Below, piece by piece: positions 30,024 through 39,885 of a stretch of 64,000 bases of DNA. The position numbers were made by a program, and so were the translations under genes. This DNA is from Nitrospirota bacterium (GTDB lineage: Bacteria; Nitrospirota; UBA9217), in assembly GCA_963790205.1 (NCBI GenBank), contig CAWBNQ010000001.1, positions 34,688 to 98,687 on the forward strand. The letters run 5' to 3'. The notes under the pieces are model-generated. The model worked only from the letters and a program-made list of their open reading frames with translations. It had not been told where the DNA came from and did not search any database. Every line of letters begins with the position of its first letter. Within the stretch, counting starts at the first letter, position 1.

Positions 30024-30064
30024 GAACTAAAAGAGCGGGAGGGCCTTTCGACCATCCCGCTCTT
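30024..30064 (-). terminator. Rho-independent terminator downstream of small periplasmic protein gene
   Basis: 10-bp perfect stem AAGAGCGGGA/TCCCGCTCTT, 14-nt loop, followed on minus strand by TTTTAGTT. Confidence 0.5.
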
Positions 30065-30090
30065 TCATGAGAATCCGACCATGCGATAAA

Positions 30091-30414
30091 CTACTGCCCC
30101 TGTGGACCGCCCATTCCGCCCTGCGGATTGCCCATCATTCCGCGTTCGCGCCTCATCTCACCGCGCTTTCCTTTCATCTCGGACACGTGCTTTTCCCTGC
30201 AGGCCTTGAGGTCATTGTCGTTCTTTGCCGCCTGTACGCACGCCTTTCCCTCTTGAAGACCGGCCATCCGCTCGTCTATCATCTTCAGAATCTGGGTCTG
30301 CCTCTGCTCAAACGTTTTGCCTGGTGCAGTTGGCGGCTGATTGCCTTCAACTGCGAACGCCGGCACAGCAAATGCCAATGCTAGTAGAGCTGCTGCGATT
30401 ACTGTCTTTTTCAT
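30091..30414 (-). CDS. Small secreted protein, Met/Gly-rich C-terminus (hypothetical periplasmic)
   Basis: 107 aa; signal peptide AFAVPAFA; GGAGG RBS. Confidence 0.5.
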   Translation of the reverse strand: MKKTVIAAALLALAFAVPAFAVEGNQPPTAPGKTFEQRQTQILKMIDERMAGLQEGKACVQAAKNDNDLKACREKHVSEMKGKRGEMRRERGMMGNPQGGMGGPQGQ

Positions 30415-30694
30415 AGTTCCTCCTTTTTGTCATTGGCGCCAAATAAGATTCTCTCTCTACGTGGAATTCTGTTTTGTTATTGCTTAATCGGCCTCCGGGA
30501 CTCAAGCGGGACCCCTTGCAGGGCTCAACCTCCCGGGCGATCTTCTGCGAAAGTATCGTAACACGAAAAGTGAGACACGATTGAGAATAATAAGTTTAGT
30601 GGTGCTCTGTTTTTTGATATTAAACCTTTAGCAAATGGCTGTGTCTCATATACTAGTGATCACAAAGACGGAAACAGAAAGGGGGTGAATACTT

Positions 30695-30916
30695 ATGAAG
30701 AAGATCGTCGCTCTTTTCACGGCAATGGCGTTTGCCCTGACCCTCGGCGTTGCATTCGCAGAGGAACAGGCGCCGGCGGCAGCAGGAAAGGCCCCGGCAA
30801 CGACGGAGAAGACTCCGGCAAAGGCCAGGAAAGCCAAGAAGGCCAGGAAGGCAAAACATATCAAGAAGCACAAGAAAGCAGCAGCTCCTGTTGCAGCAAC
30901 TCCCGCAACAAAGTAA
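30695..30916 (+). CDS. Small secreted Ala/Lys/Pro-rich basic protein (histone H1-like tail)
   Basis: 73 aa; signal peptide then AKARKAKKARKAKHIKKHKK; strong RBS GGGGGTG. Confidence 0.5.
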   Translation: MKKIVALFTAMAFALTLGVAFAEEQAPAAAGKAPATTEKTPAKARKAKKARKAKHIKKHKKAAAPVAATPATK

Positions 30917-30975
30917 TGTGAACTATACCGCCATTTCATAATACCAGGCGGAAAAAGTCATACATTCTGTAACAC

Positions 30976-31010
30976 AAAAGGCCTGTCATCAATGACAGGC
31001 CTTTTGCTTT
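30976..31010. terminator. Bidirectional Rho-independent terminator
   Basis: GGCCTGTCA-tcaa-TGACAGGCC hairpin flanked by AAAA and TTTTGCTTT; separates convergent genes. Confidence 0.65.
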
Positions 31011-31093
31011 GACGAAAGAAGCTCGCACTCCATGTGATCAAATTGGGAGCGTAACTTTTATTCTCTGAACGCCGCTCCGCAAGAAACGCTTCC

Positions 31094-32074
31094 CTACTCC
31101 TTCAGCATCTCTTCAAGCGTGATCCGCACCGAGTCGCAGAGCGACGGAAGATCGTATCCGCCTTCGAGCACGAACACGGTAGGACAGGATGCGCAGGAAT
31201 ACAGGATGCTCCGGACGATCCCGCTTATTCCCTCATGCGAGACGCGGATGTTCGCGTGGGGGTCGTTCACGTGAATGTCGTAACCGGCGGACACGAGAAT
31301 GATGTCCGGCATGAACCGGTGGATAATGTCGGGAAGGATGTTTTGATATACATAGAGGTAATCTTTGTTGCCCGAGCCTGCCTGGACCGGGAGATTATAG
31401 GTGAAGCCCAGCCCTTTGCCCTTGCCGCGCTCCATGTCCTTCCCCGTGTCGGGATAGTAGGGATGCTGGTGGGTGCTGAAGTAGAAGACCCTGTCGTCCT
31501 CTTCGAAGATGTGCTGGGTGCCGTTGCCGTGGTGGGCGTCGAAATCGATGATGAACACGCGTTCGTACCCGAGGGTCCGGGCATACCGGGCGCCGACGGC
31601 AATGTTGTTGAAGAGGCAGAATCCCATACCCCGGTCGGCCTCGGCATGATGTCCCGGGGGACGGACAGCGCAGAACGCCCGGCTGATCTCGTTCTTTTTG
31701 CATTGCTCCACGGCTTCCATGACCGCTCCCGCTGCGTGGAGCGCCGCGTCGAAGCTGCCCTCGGAAAGATAGGTGTCCGGGTCGAGTTCGCCCGCGCCGA
31801 AGGTCTTGATCTTTTCGATGTACTCGCGCGTGTGAACGCGCCCGATGTCATCGAGGCTCGCGCGACGGGGATGGAGAAGCACCAGCCTGGGCCATATTCC
31901 CGATGCCTTGAGCGTGGCGATGATGTTGATGAGCCGGTCCGGGGAGTCGGGGTGCCACGCCGGCGGCTTGTGGTGCAGGAGGACTTCATCGTAGACGAAC
32001 CCGACTCTGTTCATAAAGGGGTTTTCCTTGACCTTGAGAAGTTCTCTTTCAGTCACAGCGGCACGGGCCTTCAT
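31094..32074 (-). CDS. Histone deacetylase-family amidohydrolase (HDAC class II/AcuC/acetylpolyamine aminohydrolase-like)
   Basis: 326 aa (true start possibly internal MNRVGFVYDE); catalytic motifs PPGHHA, FDAHHGNGTQ. Confidence 0.75.
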   Translation of the reverse strand: MKARAAVTERELLKVKENPFMNRVGFVYDEVLLHHKPPAWHPDSPDRLINIIATLKASGIWPRLVLLHPRRASLDDIGRVHTREYIEKIKTFGAGELDPDTYLSEGSFDAALHAAGAVMEAVEQCKKNEISRAFCAVRPPGHHAEADRGMGFCLFNNIAVGARYARTLGYERVFIIDFDAHHGNGTQHIFEEDDRVFYFSTHQHPYYPDTGKDMERGKGKGLGFTYNLPVQAGSGNKDYLYVYQNILPDIIHRFMPDIILVSAGYDIHVNDPHANIRVSHEGISGIVRSILYSCASCPTVFVLEGGYDLPSLCDSVRITLEEMLKE

Positions 32075-32177
32075 CGGTCGAATGCCTTAAGCCGTTCAAG
32101 CTGCTCTTCGTCCCGCACGCTGCAGGAAGGGCGTCGCCGCCGTTGACAAACCGCATCAGGACTGCTACGCTCAAGTC

Positions 32178-32960
32178 ATGGCCCCGGACCCTGAACGTGT
32201 TCACGCCTGTCCCAATTGCGGCAAACCCATTGAAGAAGACCGATACGTGAGAAGACGGGACGGCACGTACCGTTGCGAGCATTGCTACTTCGCCGACACC
32301 TATCTCGAAGGCGTCGTCGAGCGCATGGAAACAGGATATCTCGTGACCCTCGAGGCCTTTGTGAACGCCATCGACGCCCGGGAGCACGAAGTGGGAAACC
32401 ATTCGCTGCGGGTCACCGAATTCTCCCTCGTCATCGGGAACGCCTGCGGCATCCAGGGAAGGGACCTCGTGGGCCTCTACTGCGGCTCGCTTCTCCACGA
32501 TATCGGCAAGATCGGCGTGCCCGACGATGTGCTCCACAAGGCCGGGCCATTGAACGCCGCGGAGCAGGCGATCATGCGCAGGCACCCCGAGATCGGCTAT
32601 GGCATCATCGGCCACATCGGTTACTTCGCCGCCGCAGCGGAGATCATCCGCAGCCATCACGAGCACTACGACGGGTCCGGCTACCCGCGTGGGCTCAAGG
32701 GGGAAGAGATCCCCCGCGGGGCCCGCGTCTTTGCCGTGGCCGACGCCCTTGACGCCCTCACGGTAACCCGGCCGTACCGTCAGGCCGTTTCCTTCGATGC
32801 GGCCATCGAGGAAATCCTCAGGGCCTCCGGCACATCCTTCGATCCGGCGGTGGTCGAAGGCTTTCTCAAGGCCCTGGATGAGCTCAAGGATATGGTAGGC
32901 AGGGTCATCTTCGACAGCAGGGACATGGAGCACGGCGGCCTCTTCAGCCCGGGAGGATAG
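32178..32960 (+). CDS. HD-GYP domain phosphodiesterase with N-terminal C4 zinc-ribbon
   Basis: 260 aa; CPNCG...CEHC ribbon; HD (LHDIGK) and HHEHYDGSGYPRG (GYP) motifs. Confidence 0.8.
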   Translation: MAPDPERVHACPNCGKPIEEDRYVRRRDGTYRCEHCYFADTYLEGVVERMETGYLVTLEAFVNAIDAREHEVGNHSLRVTEFSLVIGNACGIQGRDLVGLYCGSLLHDIGKIGVPDDVLHKAGPLNAAEQAIMRRHPEIGYGIIGHIGYFAAAAEIIRSHHEHYDGSGYPRGLKGEEIPRGARVFAVADALDALTVTRPYRQAVSFDAAIEEILRASGTSFDPAVVEGFLKALDELKDMVGRVIFDSRDMEHGGLFSPGG

Positions 32961-33939
32961 TCCCCGCAGGCTCTCCGCCTCTTTCCCTGTTTTTTTCTTC
33001 CGGATTGACCCTCTGCACAGCCACGCTCGCCAGGGCCTTCAGGGGCCCGTATCCTTTCAGCCGTTCCAGCTGCCCTTCATCCCGCACGAAAAGAGATCCG
33101 GCAAAAGCAAGAGCATTCAGCGAAATGCCGTCAAAAAACTCCCGGGACCGCGGCACGAGGAGCATCCACGCGCGCGTCACGAGAAAGCAATAGGGCATGG
33201 ACTGCTGCCTGGGCCCGGCTGCTGAAGCGGCCTCCATGCCCACGCATTGAAGCATGCCGGAGTAGAGTTCGAAGGTCTTCTTCGCGGCATCGAGGGGAGT
33301 ATTGACCAGGTCCCCGTCCAGCCGCACGAAGGAATGGAGAAAGGGGAACGCCGGTAGAGTGAATAAGTCACCCGGCGCGCCCGTCCCTGCGATGATCAGG
33401 GGTTCGATCGGGACCGCAGGCCCTTCCGGCGCCAGGGGGAGCGGCACCAGCTGGAGGTGTTTGTGACGCTGACTTGCGCCGGCTTCTTGGCCCCCGTTAT
33501 AGAAGCCGAGGCTGTTGTATTCCGCCATGCAGAGCCAAAGCGCCTCGAAATCCTTCCGCGTAAGCAGGGTATCCTGGTCCTCGAACGACCGGGTGACGAT
33601 GAGCAGGTGGCGCTCCACGACATTGAACTTGTTCAGAATGGCGATGTGTGTGTCGGTGATGTCAGCGAGCGTGAGGTCTTTTTCGGGCGGGAGAAAGGGG
33701 TTTACGATCTTCCCGCCTTTCGAGCCGGCATCCTGTTTTTTTCTCGCCTCGTCCTTGCGACTCAGGCTTGACAGGACCCTTACAAAGAACCGCATGCCGT
33801 TGTCCTCGATAAAGGCATGGTTTGTCGGTATCGGCAGCAGGGAACCGCTGCGAAGCGCGTGGTCGGTCGTCGCGACGAGCCTCCCCCACAATGTTCCCCT
33901 TTGCAGCATCATTCCTCGGCTTTCCTCAGTAGTGAGCAC
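32944..33939 (-). CDS. ATP adenylyltransferase / Ap4A phosphorylase II-like (Apa2 family) protein
   Basis: 331 aa; NKFNVVERHLLIVT and HKHLQ motifs resembling Apa1/Apa2; assignment from memory of family motifs. Confidence 0.5.
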   Translation of the reverse strand: MLTTEESRGMMLQRGTLWGRLVATTDHALRSGSLLPIPTNHAFIEDNGMRFFVRVLSSLSRKDEARKKQDAGSKGGKIVNPFLPPEKDLTLADITDTHIAILNKFNVVERHLLIVTRSFEDQDTLLTRKDFEALWLCMAEYNSLGFYNGGQEAGASQRHKHLQLVPLPLAPEGPAVPIEPLIIAGTGAPGDLFTLPAFPFLHSFVRLDGDLVNTPLDAAKKTFELYSGMLQCVGMEAASAAGPRQQSMPYCFLVTRAWMLLVPRSREFFDGISLNALAFAGSLFVRDEGQLERLKGYGPLKALASVAVQRVNPEEKNRERGGEPAGTILPG

Positions 33940-34180
33940 GGAAGCGGATATTCAGGCCGTCAAGTGCCTTCTTTTGACGCCGACATTGGTGAAATAACCA
34001 CCTCGTTCAGCGATTTCACCATATTTTGCATGAACTGAAGCTGGCTTGGCCTGGGGAATCCGTCCGAAATGTCTGAATTGCCCGGTATTCGTGGTCAAAT
34101 TTGAACTTTAGCATCTAAGTATGAAAATTGCAGCTTAATTTTAATCCGCAACCGATCACAATGATCAGAATGCTCAACTA

Positions 34181-34573
34181 TTGATGGCGATGGCGAAAAT
34201 CTTACTGGTTGACGACGAAAATCTTATTTTGTACTCCCTTTCCGCAACGCTCAGGCACGACGGTTCCGAGGTAACGGCCGTTGCGAACGGGAAAGATGCG
34301 CTCGGCGAAATACGTCGGTCCCCGTACGATATCTGCTTTCTCGACGTCAACCTCCCAGACGCAAACGGCTTTGATCTCATGAAAACCGTCCAGGAAATCT
34401 CCCCGGCAACCAGGATCATTATTATGACCGCGGTAGACCTCAATGACGGGCAGATGAGATATCTGCATAATAACGCATGTCATTTCCTGCCGAAACCGTT
34501 CAACCTCGAGGAGGTACGGTCGCTCGTAGCTGATCTTTCCAGAACGGAAAAGGCAGCGGTGAACGAAGCATAG
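34181..34573 (+). CDS. Single-domain response regulator (CheY-like REC)
   Basis: 130 aa; ILLVDDE, phospho-acceptor D in ICFLDVNLPD, T and K positions present. Confidence 0.75.
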   Translation: MMAMAKILLVDDENLILYSLSATLRHDGSEVTAVANGKDALGEIRRSPYDICFLDVNLPDANGFDLMKTVQEISPATRIIIMTAVDLNDGQMRYLHNNACHFLPKPFNLEEVRSLVADLSRTEKAAVNEA

Positions 34574-34695
34574 CCCCTTGCCCCCAAAACCCCGGCGCGG
34601 AGAGGCGGAAAAGCTTCTCAAGAGCACCGGGATTTCCTCGTTAATCACTTCCCCAGACGGCCCTCTTCAATCGGAAATATCCTCCCCTTGTCCCA

Positions 34696-36534
34696 TCATG
34701 CCGATTGCGTTCTTTTCCCGCTATCGCTGGGGAGGCTTATTCTAAATGCGGCCCCTCCGCCCTTGCTGCTCTCGATGCGGATTGTGCCCCCGTGCTCCTC
34801 GATCAACCGCTTTGAAATCGCCAGCCCCAGCCCGGTCCCCTTTGCCTTGGTCGTAAAAAACGGCTGAAATATTTTGTCCAGGACTGAGGCATCTATACCC
34901 TTGCCGGTATCGGATATAGCCACCGTTATGGCGCGCGCCGTCTCGTTGAACGAAGTTTTCAAGACCAGAGTGCCTCCCTCCGGCATCGCATCGACGGCAT
35001 TCAGGAGCAGATTCATGAACACCTGCTTCAATTGCATCGGATCGCCAACGATTTCCGGGAGAGCGGGGTCAAATTCTTTCACCAGGGTTATGGCGCCGGG
35101 TTCGCCGGGAGCGTGAAAGCCGTTTTTCAGCACGAGCTGCGCGGCGGTTTCGAGGACGGTATTTACGCCGGTATTGGTAAATTGCGGCATGGGCGGCCGG
35201 GCAAAATTGAGCAGTCCCTGCATTAAGCCTTCAATGCGCTTGATTTCGTCTATAACTTTGAAGAGGACGCTCCGGTCCTCTTCCGACAGGTAGCGTTCCT
35301 CGGAGAGGACCTGCATCGTCACCTTAATGCCCGCGAGGGGGTTCTTTATTTCATGCGCCAGCCCCGTGGCCAGTTCTCCCGCTGTTCTGATCTGCTGCGC
35401 CCGTTGCAGGGCCTCTTCCGCCTGTTTTCTCTCGGTGACGTCACGATCGATCGCGAGGATGTATTTATGGCCGCCGACCTCGAATACCCCGGCGCTGATC
35501 TCGACGGGGAACACCGCGCCTTCCTTGGTGCGGTGGGTGACCACGGTCTGAATCCGCTCCCCCGCCAGCAAACGTTCAATGCGTATCGGAATTCCCAGGG
35601 CTGCATCCGGCGTATCGAGCTCCTTAATGTTCATCGTCAGGAGCTCTTCGGCGGAATAGCCGTGCATCTTCGCCGCGGCCTGATTGGTTTTCAGGATTTT
35701 ACCGACCTGCTCGCCTTCGGCGGCCAGAATGAAGATAGCATCGGCGGCGCTCTCGAACAGAAGACGATAGCGCTTTTCACTTTCCTCGATCTCCCTCATG
35801 TTCCCCCTGAGAGACCCCGCCATGTCATCGAAGGCGAGCGCCAGCTCCGCAAACTCATCTTTAAGCCCTGCGATGCGATGGTCCAGGTCGCCGGCCTTCA
35901 AGCGTTTCGTTGCATTGAGGAGAACATTGATCGGTTTCGTAAAGCCGCGTATCAGCGTGAAAGCCAGGCCGATACTCAGCAGCGGCCCGAGCGCAATGAG
36001 CGCCGATAGAAGCGTCCGCGTCCGCCTGGCATCCAGCAAGGCAGCCTGCGTTCTTTCGTTGAGTTTGCGGTTGGTGAAAGCGATCATGGTATTCACTCGT
36101 TGAATGAGCTCGTTCCCGAGTGCATAGGTGTTATCCTTCTCGGCCCGAAGCCGGGCAGCGCCCGCCCCCCTCGTCAGCACTCTGTCTACCGCGTGAGCAT
36201 ATTGATCGATCCGGACACTCAAGTCCTGGATCCGCTCCCGTACGCTTTCGGCATGGTGGCAACCGGAACAGATGTCGATCGTGCTCCTCATGGTACGCAC
36301 ATGGTTCGCGACCGTCTCGTCGCTCTGCGCGTATCGCGTGTCATGCAAGTACAGATCTGCCTGGACAGCGCGGATATTCAGCAACAGGTGCTCCCGAAGG
36401 ATCTCAACCTGGTGGAGCAGGATCAATCTATCGAACCGTGACGTGTTGGCGCCGATCGCCTCGATAAGATAGATTCCGCCGAGAAGTAAAAGCAGGGAAA
36501 AGACGCTCAGCACTATGACGATTTTCTTCTTCAT
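34696..36534 (-). CDS. Sensor histidine kinase: periplasmic sensor domain with CxxCH heme-c motif, HAMP, PAS, HisKA, HATPase_c
   Basis: 612 aa; two TM helices flanking about 140-aa periplasmic region containing CSGCH (nt 36256-36270); H-box HEIKNPLAGI; G1/G2 boxes. Confidence 0.85.
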   Translation of the reverse strand: MKKKIVIVLSVFSLLLLLGGIYLIEAIGANTSRFDRLILLHQVEILREHLLLNIRAVQADLYLHDTRYAQSDETVANHVRTMRSTIDICSGCHHAESVRERIQDLSVRIDQYAHAVDRVLTRGAGAARLRAEKDNTYALGNELIQRVNTMIAFTNRKLNERTQAALLDARRTRTLLSALIALGPLLSIGLAFTLIRGFTKPINVLLNATKRLKAGDLDHRIAGLKDEFAELALAFDDMAGSLRGNMREIEESEKRYRLLFESAADAIFILAAEGEQVGKILKTNQAAAKMHGYSAEELLTMNIKELDTPDAALGIPIRIERLLAGERIQTVVTHRTKEGAVFPVEISAGVFEVGGHKYILAIDRDVTERKQAEEALQRAQQIRTAGELATGLAHEIKNPLAGIKVTMQVLSEERYLSEEDRSVLFKVIDEIKRIEGLMQGLLNFARPPMPQFTNTGVNTVLETAAQLVLKNGFHAPGEPGAITLVKEFDPALPEIVGDPMQLKQVFMNLLLNAVDAMPEGGTLVLKTSFNETARAITVAISDTGKGIDASVLDKIFQPFFTTKAKGTGLGLAISKRLIEEHGGTIRIESSKGGGAAFRISLPSDSGKRTQSA

Positions 36535-36747
36535 CTTGAAGGGGCGCTATGCCGGCTTTCTAAGACCGGGGTCGCGCTCGTGCTCGCAAGCGGGCCTGAA
36601 GCCGATGGTTGTTGTAACGATTTAACGCCGAAAAGTCTTTGATATTCTGACTATTTAATAAGGACCCTGGAAACCCAGCTCATGATAACCCAGATGCCGG
36701 ATGCTGTCAATATCTCGATTTCATAAGGAGCAACGCAGAGAAAGACG

Positions 36748-37987
36748 TTACGCATACTGTCCAGCCGCATGGCCCGAGGCCCACGCCCAGTGAAGATTGT
36801 ACCCGCCCAGGTGCCCCGTAACATCCTGTACCTCACCGATAAAATACAGTCCCTTCACCTTTTTCGACTCCATGGTCTTGGATGAAAGCTCGACGGTGTC
36901 GACCCCTCCGGCCGTTACCTCGGCGCTCTTGTATCCTTCGGTGGCGCCCGGCCTGATCATCCATGAATGCAGCTGGTTTGCGATAAGCAGCAGCTCCCGG
37001 TCGGAATACTGAGCGATCGGTTTTGACGTCACGTAAAGATCACACCAGGTCTGTACAAACCGTTTGGGGAAAAATTGATTGAGCAGCGTACGCATCTCCA
37101 TGGCGCTCCGCCGTTTTTCGTTGAATGCCGAGGGGATGTCTGATTTCCGGAAGGAGGTCGATCAGGATCGGGATGCCGGGCTTCCAGTACAATGAGGCCT
37201 GCAGGATTGCGGGACCGCTGACACCCCGGTGCGTAAAAAGAATGTTCCCGCGAAAGCGACTGCCTTCACACTCGACAACGGAGTCAAGCGAAATGCCTGC
37301 CAGTTCCCGGAATATCCTCTGGTCGCGCCCGGAGAAGACGAGGGGTACGAGAGCGGGTCTGACCTCCGTGACCCGGAGGCCGAATTGCCTGGCGATGCTG
37401 TGTCCGAAGCCGCTCGCCCCGAGGCCCGGGTAGGAAAGCCCTCCCGTGGCCATGACCAGGGAATCTGACTGGAATGCGCCCTGGTCCGTCGCGACCCTGA
37501 AGGCCCCGGTCTTTTGGATTTCCGTTACCCGGCGCGCAAGGAGCAGCTCAACGCCGGCGCGGTCGCACTCGTGCCGGAGCATGGCGAGGATGTCGCGTGA
37601 ACTTTTTACGCAAAAAAGCTGGCCCGCTTCTTTTTCGTAATACGGGATCCCCTCTTTGCGCACGAGGGAGATAATGTCCTGGGGCGTGAACCGCGCGAGC
37701 GCGGACTTGCAGAAATGCGGATTTTCAGAAAGATAGTGCCCGGCCGTCACCCGCAGGTTCGTGAAGTTGCATCTCCCCCCGCCGGAGACGAGTATTTTGG
37801 AGCCCATGCGCTCTGCGTGGTCGAGCACGAGCACGGAACGGCCGCGTTTTCCGCACTCCGCGGCGCACATCAGTCCCGACGCGCCCGCTCCGACGACGAT
37901 GACGTCTTTCTTGACCATATTTGGATTTGGATTTTTTTGAACCGGGGACATAGAGAGCACTATACCGAAGGAAGTGGGAAAAACCAA
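36748..37987 (-). pseudogene. HI0933/YhiN-family FAD-dependent oxidoreductase, split by an apparent frameshift near 37040-37110
   Basis: 315-aa ORF has Rossmann GAGASGL N-terminus and HI0933 body; adjacent 117-aa ORF in another frame carries the conserved family C-terminus (GLYFIGEVQDVTGHLGGYNLHWAWASG). Confidence 0.65.
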
Positions 37988-38172
37988 GAAGATTTACGGG
38001 AAAAACAAGAAGTGAAAATAAGCAAATTGCAAAAGAGCAACCATTTTGACAAGATTCACAGGAAGGGCACGATCTCTCCGGGCATATCCTGTAATCCTGT
38101 CAAAAGAGTGGTTTTGATTTTCCCGCGCCAAGAGCCGTGAAAAAACGGCGCGCCGCGGTGCGGCATCCAACC

Positions 38173-38721
38173 CTATACCGCAACCTGCCGCTTGCTGACC
38201 GACACGCGCGCGGCCTGCGGGCCGTCCGTTCCTTGCTCCTCAACAAAGGCCACCTCGGCCCCGACTTTCAACCGGCCAAAGTCCCCGTTCAGAACGCTGT
38301 TGCCATGGAAATAGATCTCCCGCTCGTCCGGTGTCTGGATGAACCCGTACAACTCGCCCGGAAAGAGCCTGATGATGCGCCCGCTCCGCGGCCCCTCGTG
38401 GCTCTTGATATCGCCGCGCTCGCGCCGCGCATGCTCCTCGAGACGCCTGCTCGCCGCGTCAAAAGCATCGCGGATCGCGATGTAGACGTCTTCGTTCTCT
38501 TCGCGGGTCACTGCCAGCTCCTTGCGGGGCACGGTAATATCGATCCGCACGCCGAAAAGCTTGCCCTGACGCTGGCGCCGCTGCGTGCTCTCCACCACGA
38601 CCCTGCAACCCATGATCCGGTCGTAAAATCTGTCGAGCTTGGCGGCTTTTTCCTGAATGTGCGTTTCGATTGCTTCGGAAGGCGGGAAGTTGCGGAAGGT
38701 AACCTGTAAGGGAAGTCTCAT
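38173..38721 (-). CDS. hpf: Ribosome hibernation promoting factor (HPF/RaiA S30AE domain) fused to a C-terminal cold-shock (CspA-like OB) domain
   Basis: 182 aa; N-terminal domain aligns with YfiA/HPF (KLDRFYDRI...DVYIAIRDA); C-terminal 65 aa aligns with CspA (GFI.TPDE..IYFH...L..G..V.F....G..GP.A..V). Confidence 0.75.
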   Translation of the reverse strand: MRLPLQVTFRNFPPSEAIETHIQEKAAKLDRFYDRIMGCRVVVESTQRRQRQGKLFGVRIDITVPRKELAVTREENEDVYIAIRDAFDAASRRLEEHARRERGDIKSHEGPRSGRIIRLFPGELYGFIQTPDEREIYFHGNSVLNGDFGRLKVGAEVAFVEEQGTDGPQAARVSVSKRQVAV

Positions 38722-38844
38722 AGCTGCGCCTCCAATCCGTAAAAGCTGCTGCGTGCTCTCTGATTAAAACGTAGCACAAAACAATACGCCTGTCAAACAA
38801 CGCAAACGCGCGTCAGATGCCGCTGCCGCGTTCGCTATCCTGCT

Positions 38845-39717
38845 CTATCCTTTCAGCTTCACCCTCGCCTTTTTCAATAAAGCGTCGGGCACGTATGATG
38901 ATTTAAAGACCCTCAGGTTCTCCTTGTCCAGGTCCTGCTCGAGGTTCAGGTATTTATAGGATGGCGGAAGGATCTTTGCGAAGTTGTTGAACAGGTACTG
39001 ATAAATGCCCTTGAACTTCGTTCGCGCCTTGGCAAAGTGAAGCACGAAGGTCTCCGGGTTCAGCTCTTCTCCCAGCACGAAACCGGCAGGCTCGTCATTC
39101 GCATAGTAGATGCCGCCGCAGAGCACGAGCTCTTCGTAACGCTCGAGGGCCTCAAGACACGGCCCGTAATCCGTTTCTTCGGCCTTCATGTTCGACGTCT
39201 TCAACCAGTCGTTCAGGATGGAACGCGCCTCGTCCAGGCGGTCATTCGTAAGCGGCCGGGCGTCATGCGTGTAGTTTTCGAGGAACTGTTTGAGCAGGTT
39301 TCTCTTCTTATGGAGATGTCGTCCCTTGTAGGTGCTCATTTTTTCAACCGTGTACACATAGTCCGCATCGCCGTCCAGAAAGGCAACATCGAATTCATCC
39401 CGGTTAAACACCGCAAGCCATTCTTCCGGTATCGGGAAGAGGAAGTCGACGTCCCTCATCAGGTCCTTGAGATAGGCAGTGTCGATCCGACGCACGTCCG
39501 AGGTCGGCATGAGGTAGGTACGGCCGTCATACGATTTTCCCCTGATGAAGATTTCCTTATCAATCATCACTTCATAGTCATGGTTCGCCCGGAAGAGGTA
39601 GAGGTTGGGAAACGTGTATTCCGACAGCGAGATCCGCACGGCCTTGAGCCGCGGTACGAGGAGGTCTTTATGCCGGAAGGAAAGCTTTTCGGATTTCATA
39701 CGGGTGCGCCTGGACAA
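38845..39717 (-). CDS. DUF2156-family protein (MprF C-terminal lysyl-transferase-like GNAT fold)
   Basis: 290 aa; pattern resembles LPG_synthase_C/DUF2156; not verified. Confidence 0.45.
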   Translation of the reverse strand: MSRRTRMKSEKLSFRHKDLLVPRLKAVRISLSEYTFPNLYLFRANHDYEVMIDKEIFIRGKSYDGRTYLMPTSDVRRIDTAYLKDLMRDVDFLFPIPEEWLAVFNRDEFDVAFLDGDADYVYTVEKMSTYKGRHLHKKRNLLKQFLENYTHDARPLTNDRLDEARSILNDWLKTSNMKAEETDYGPCLEALERYEELVLCGGIYYANDEPAGFVLGEELNPETFVLHFAKARTKFKGIYQYLFNNFAKILPPSYKYLNLEQDLDKENLRVFKSSYVPDALLKKARVKLKG

Positions 39718-39885
39718 GCGGAAACTTTCGTTTCGCCCCCCTGTGAGTTTCGGGCGTCGTTGCGGCGAATGACGTTACGCCGCCGGACCCCGGAGATTAT
39801 GAGAACGTTGCCGGGACGTGCCGCGTACGCAACTCGTGCCCGCGCGGGAATGCCGCGAGGCCCGTTGCGGGGCGCGGAGAATGTT

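Noticed and set aside
38173-38370. C-terminal domain of HPF as the usual long-HPF dimerisation domain
   Set aside because: Residue pattern matches CspA RNP-like motifs (GFI, YFH, GP.A..V) rather than the Ribosom_S30AE_C pattern
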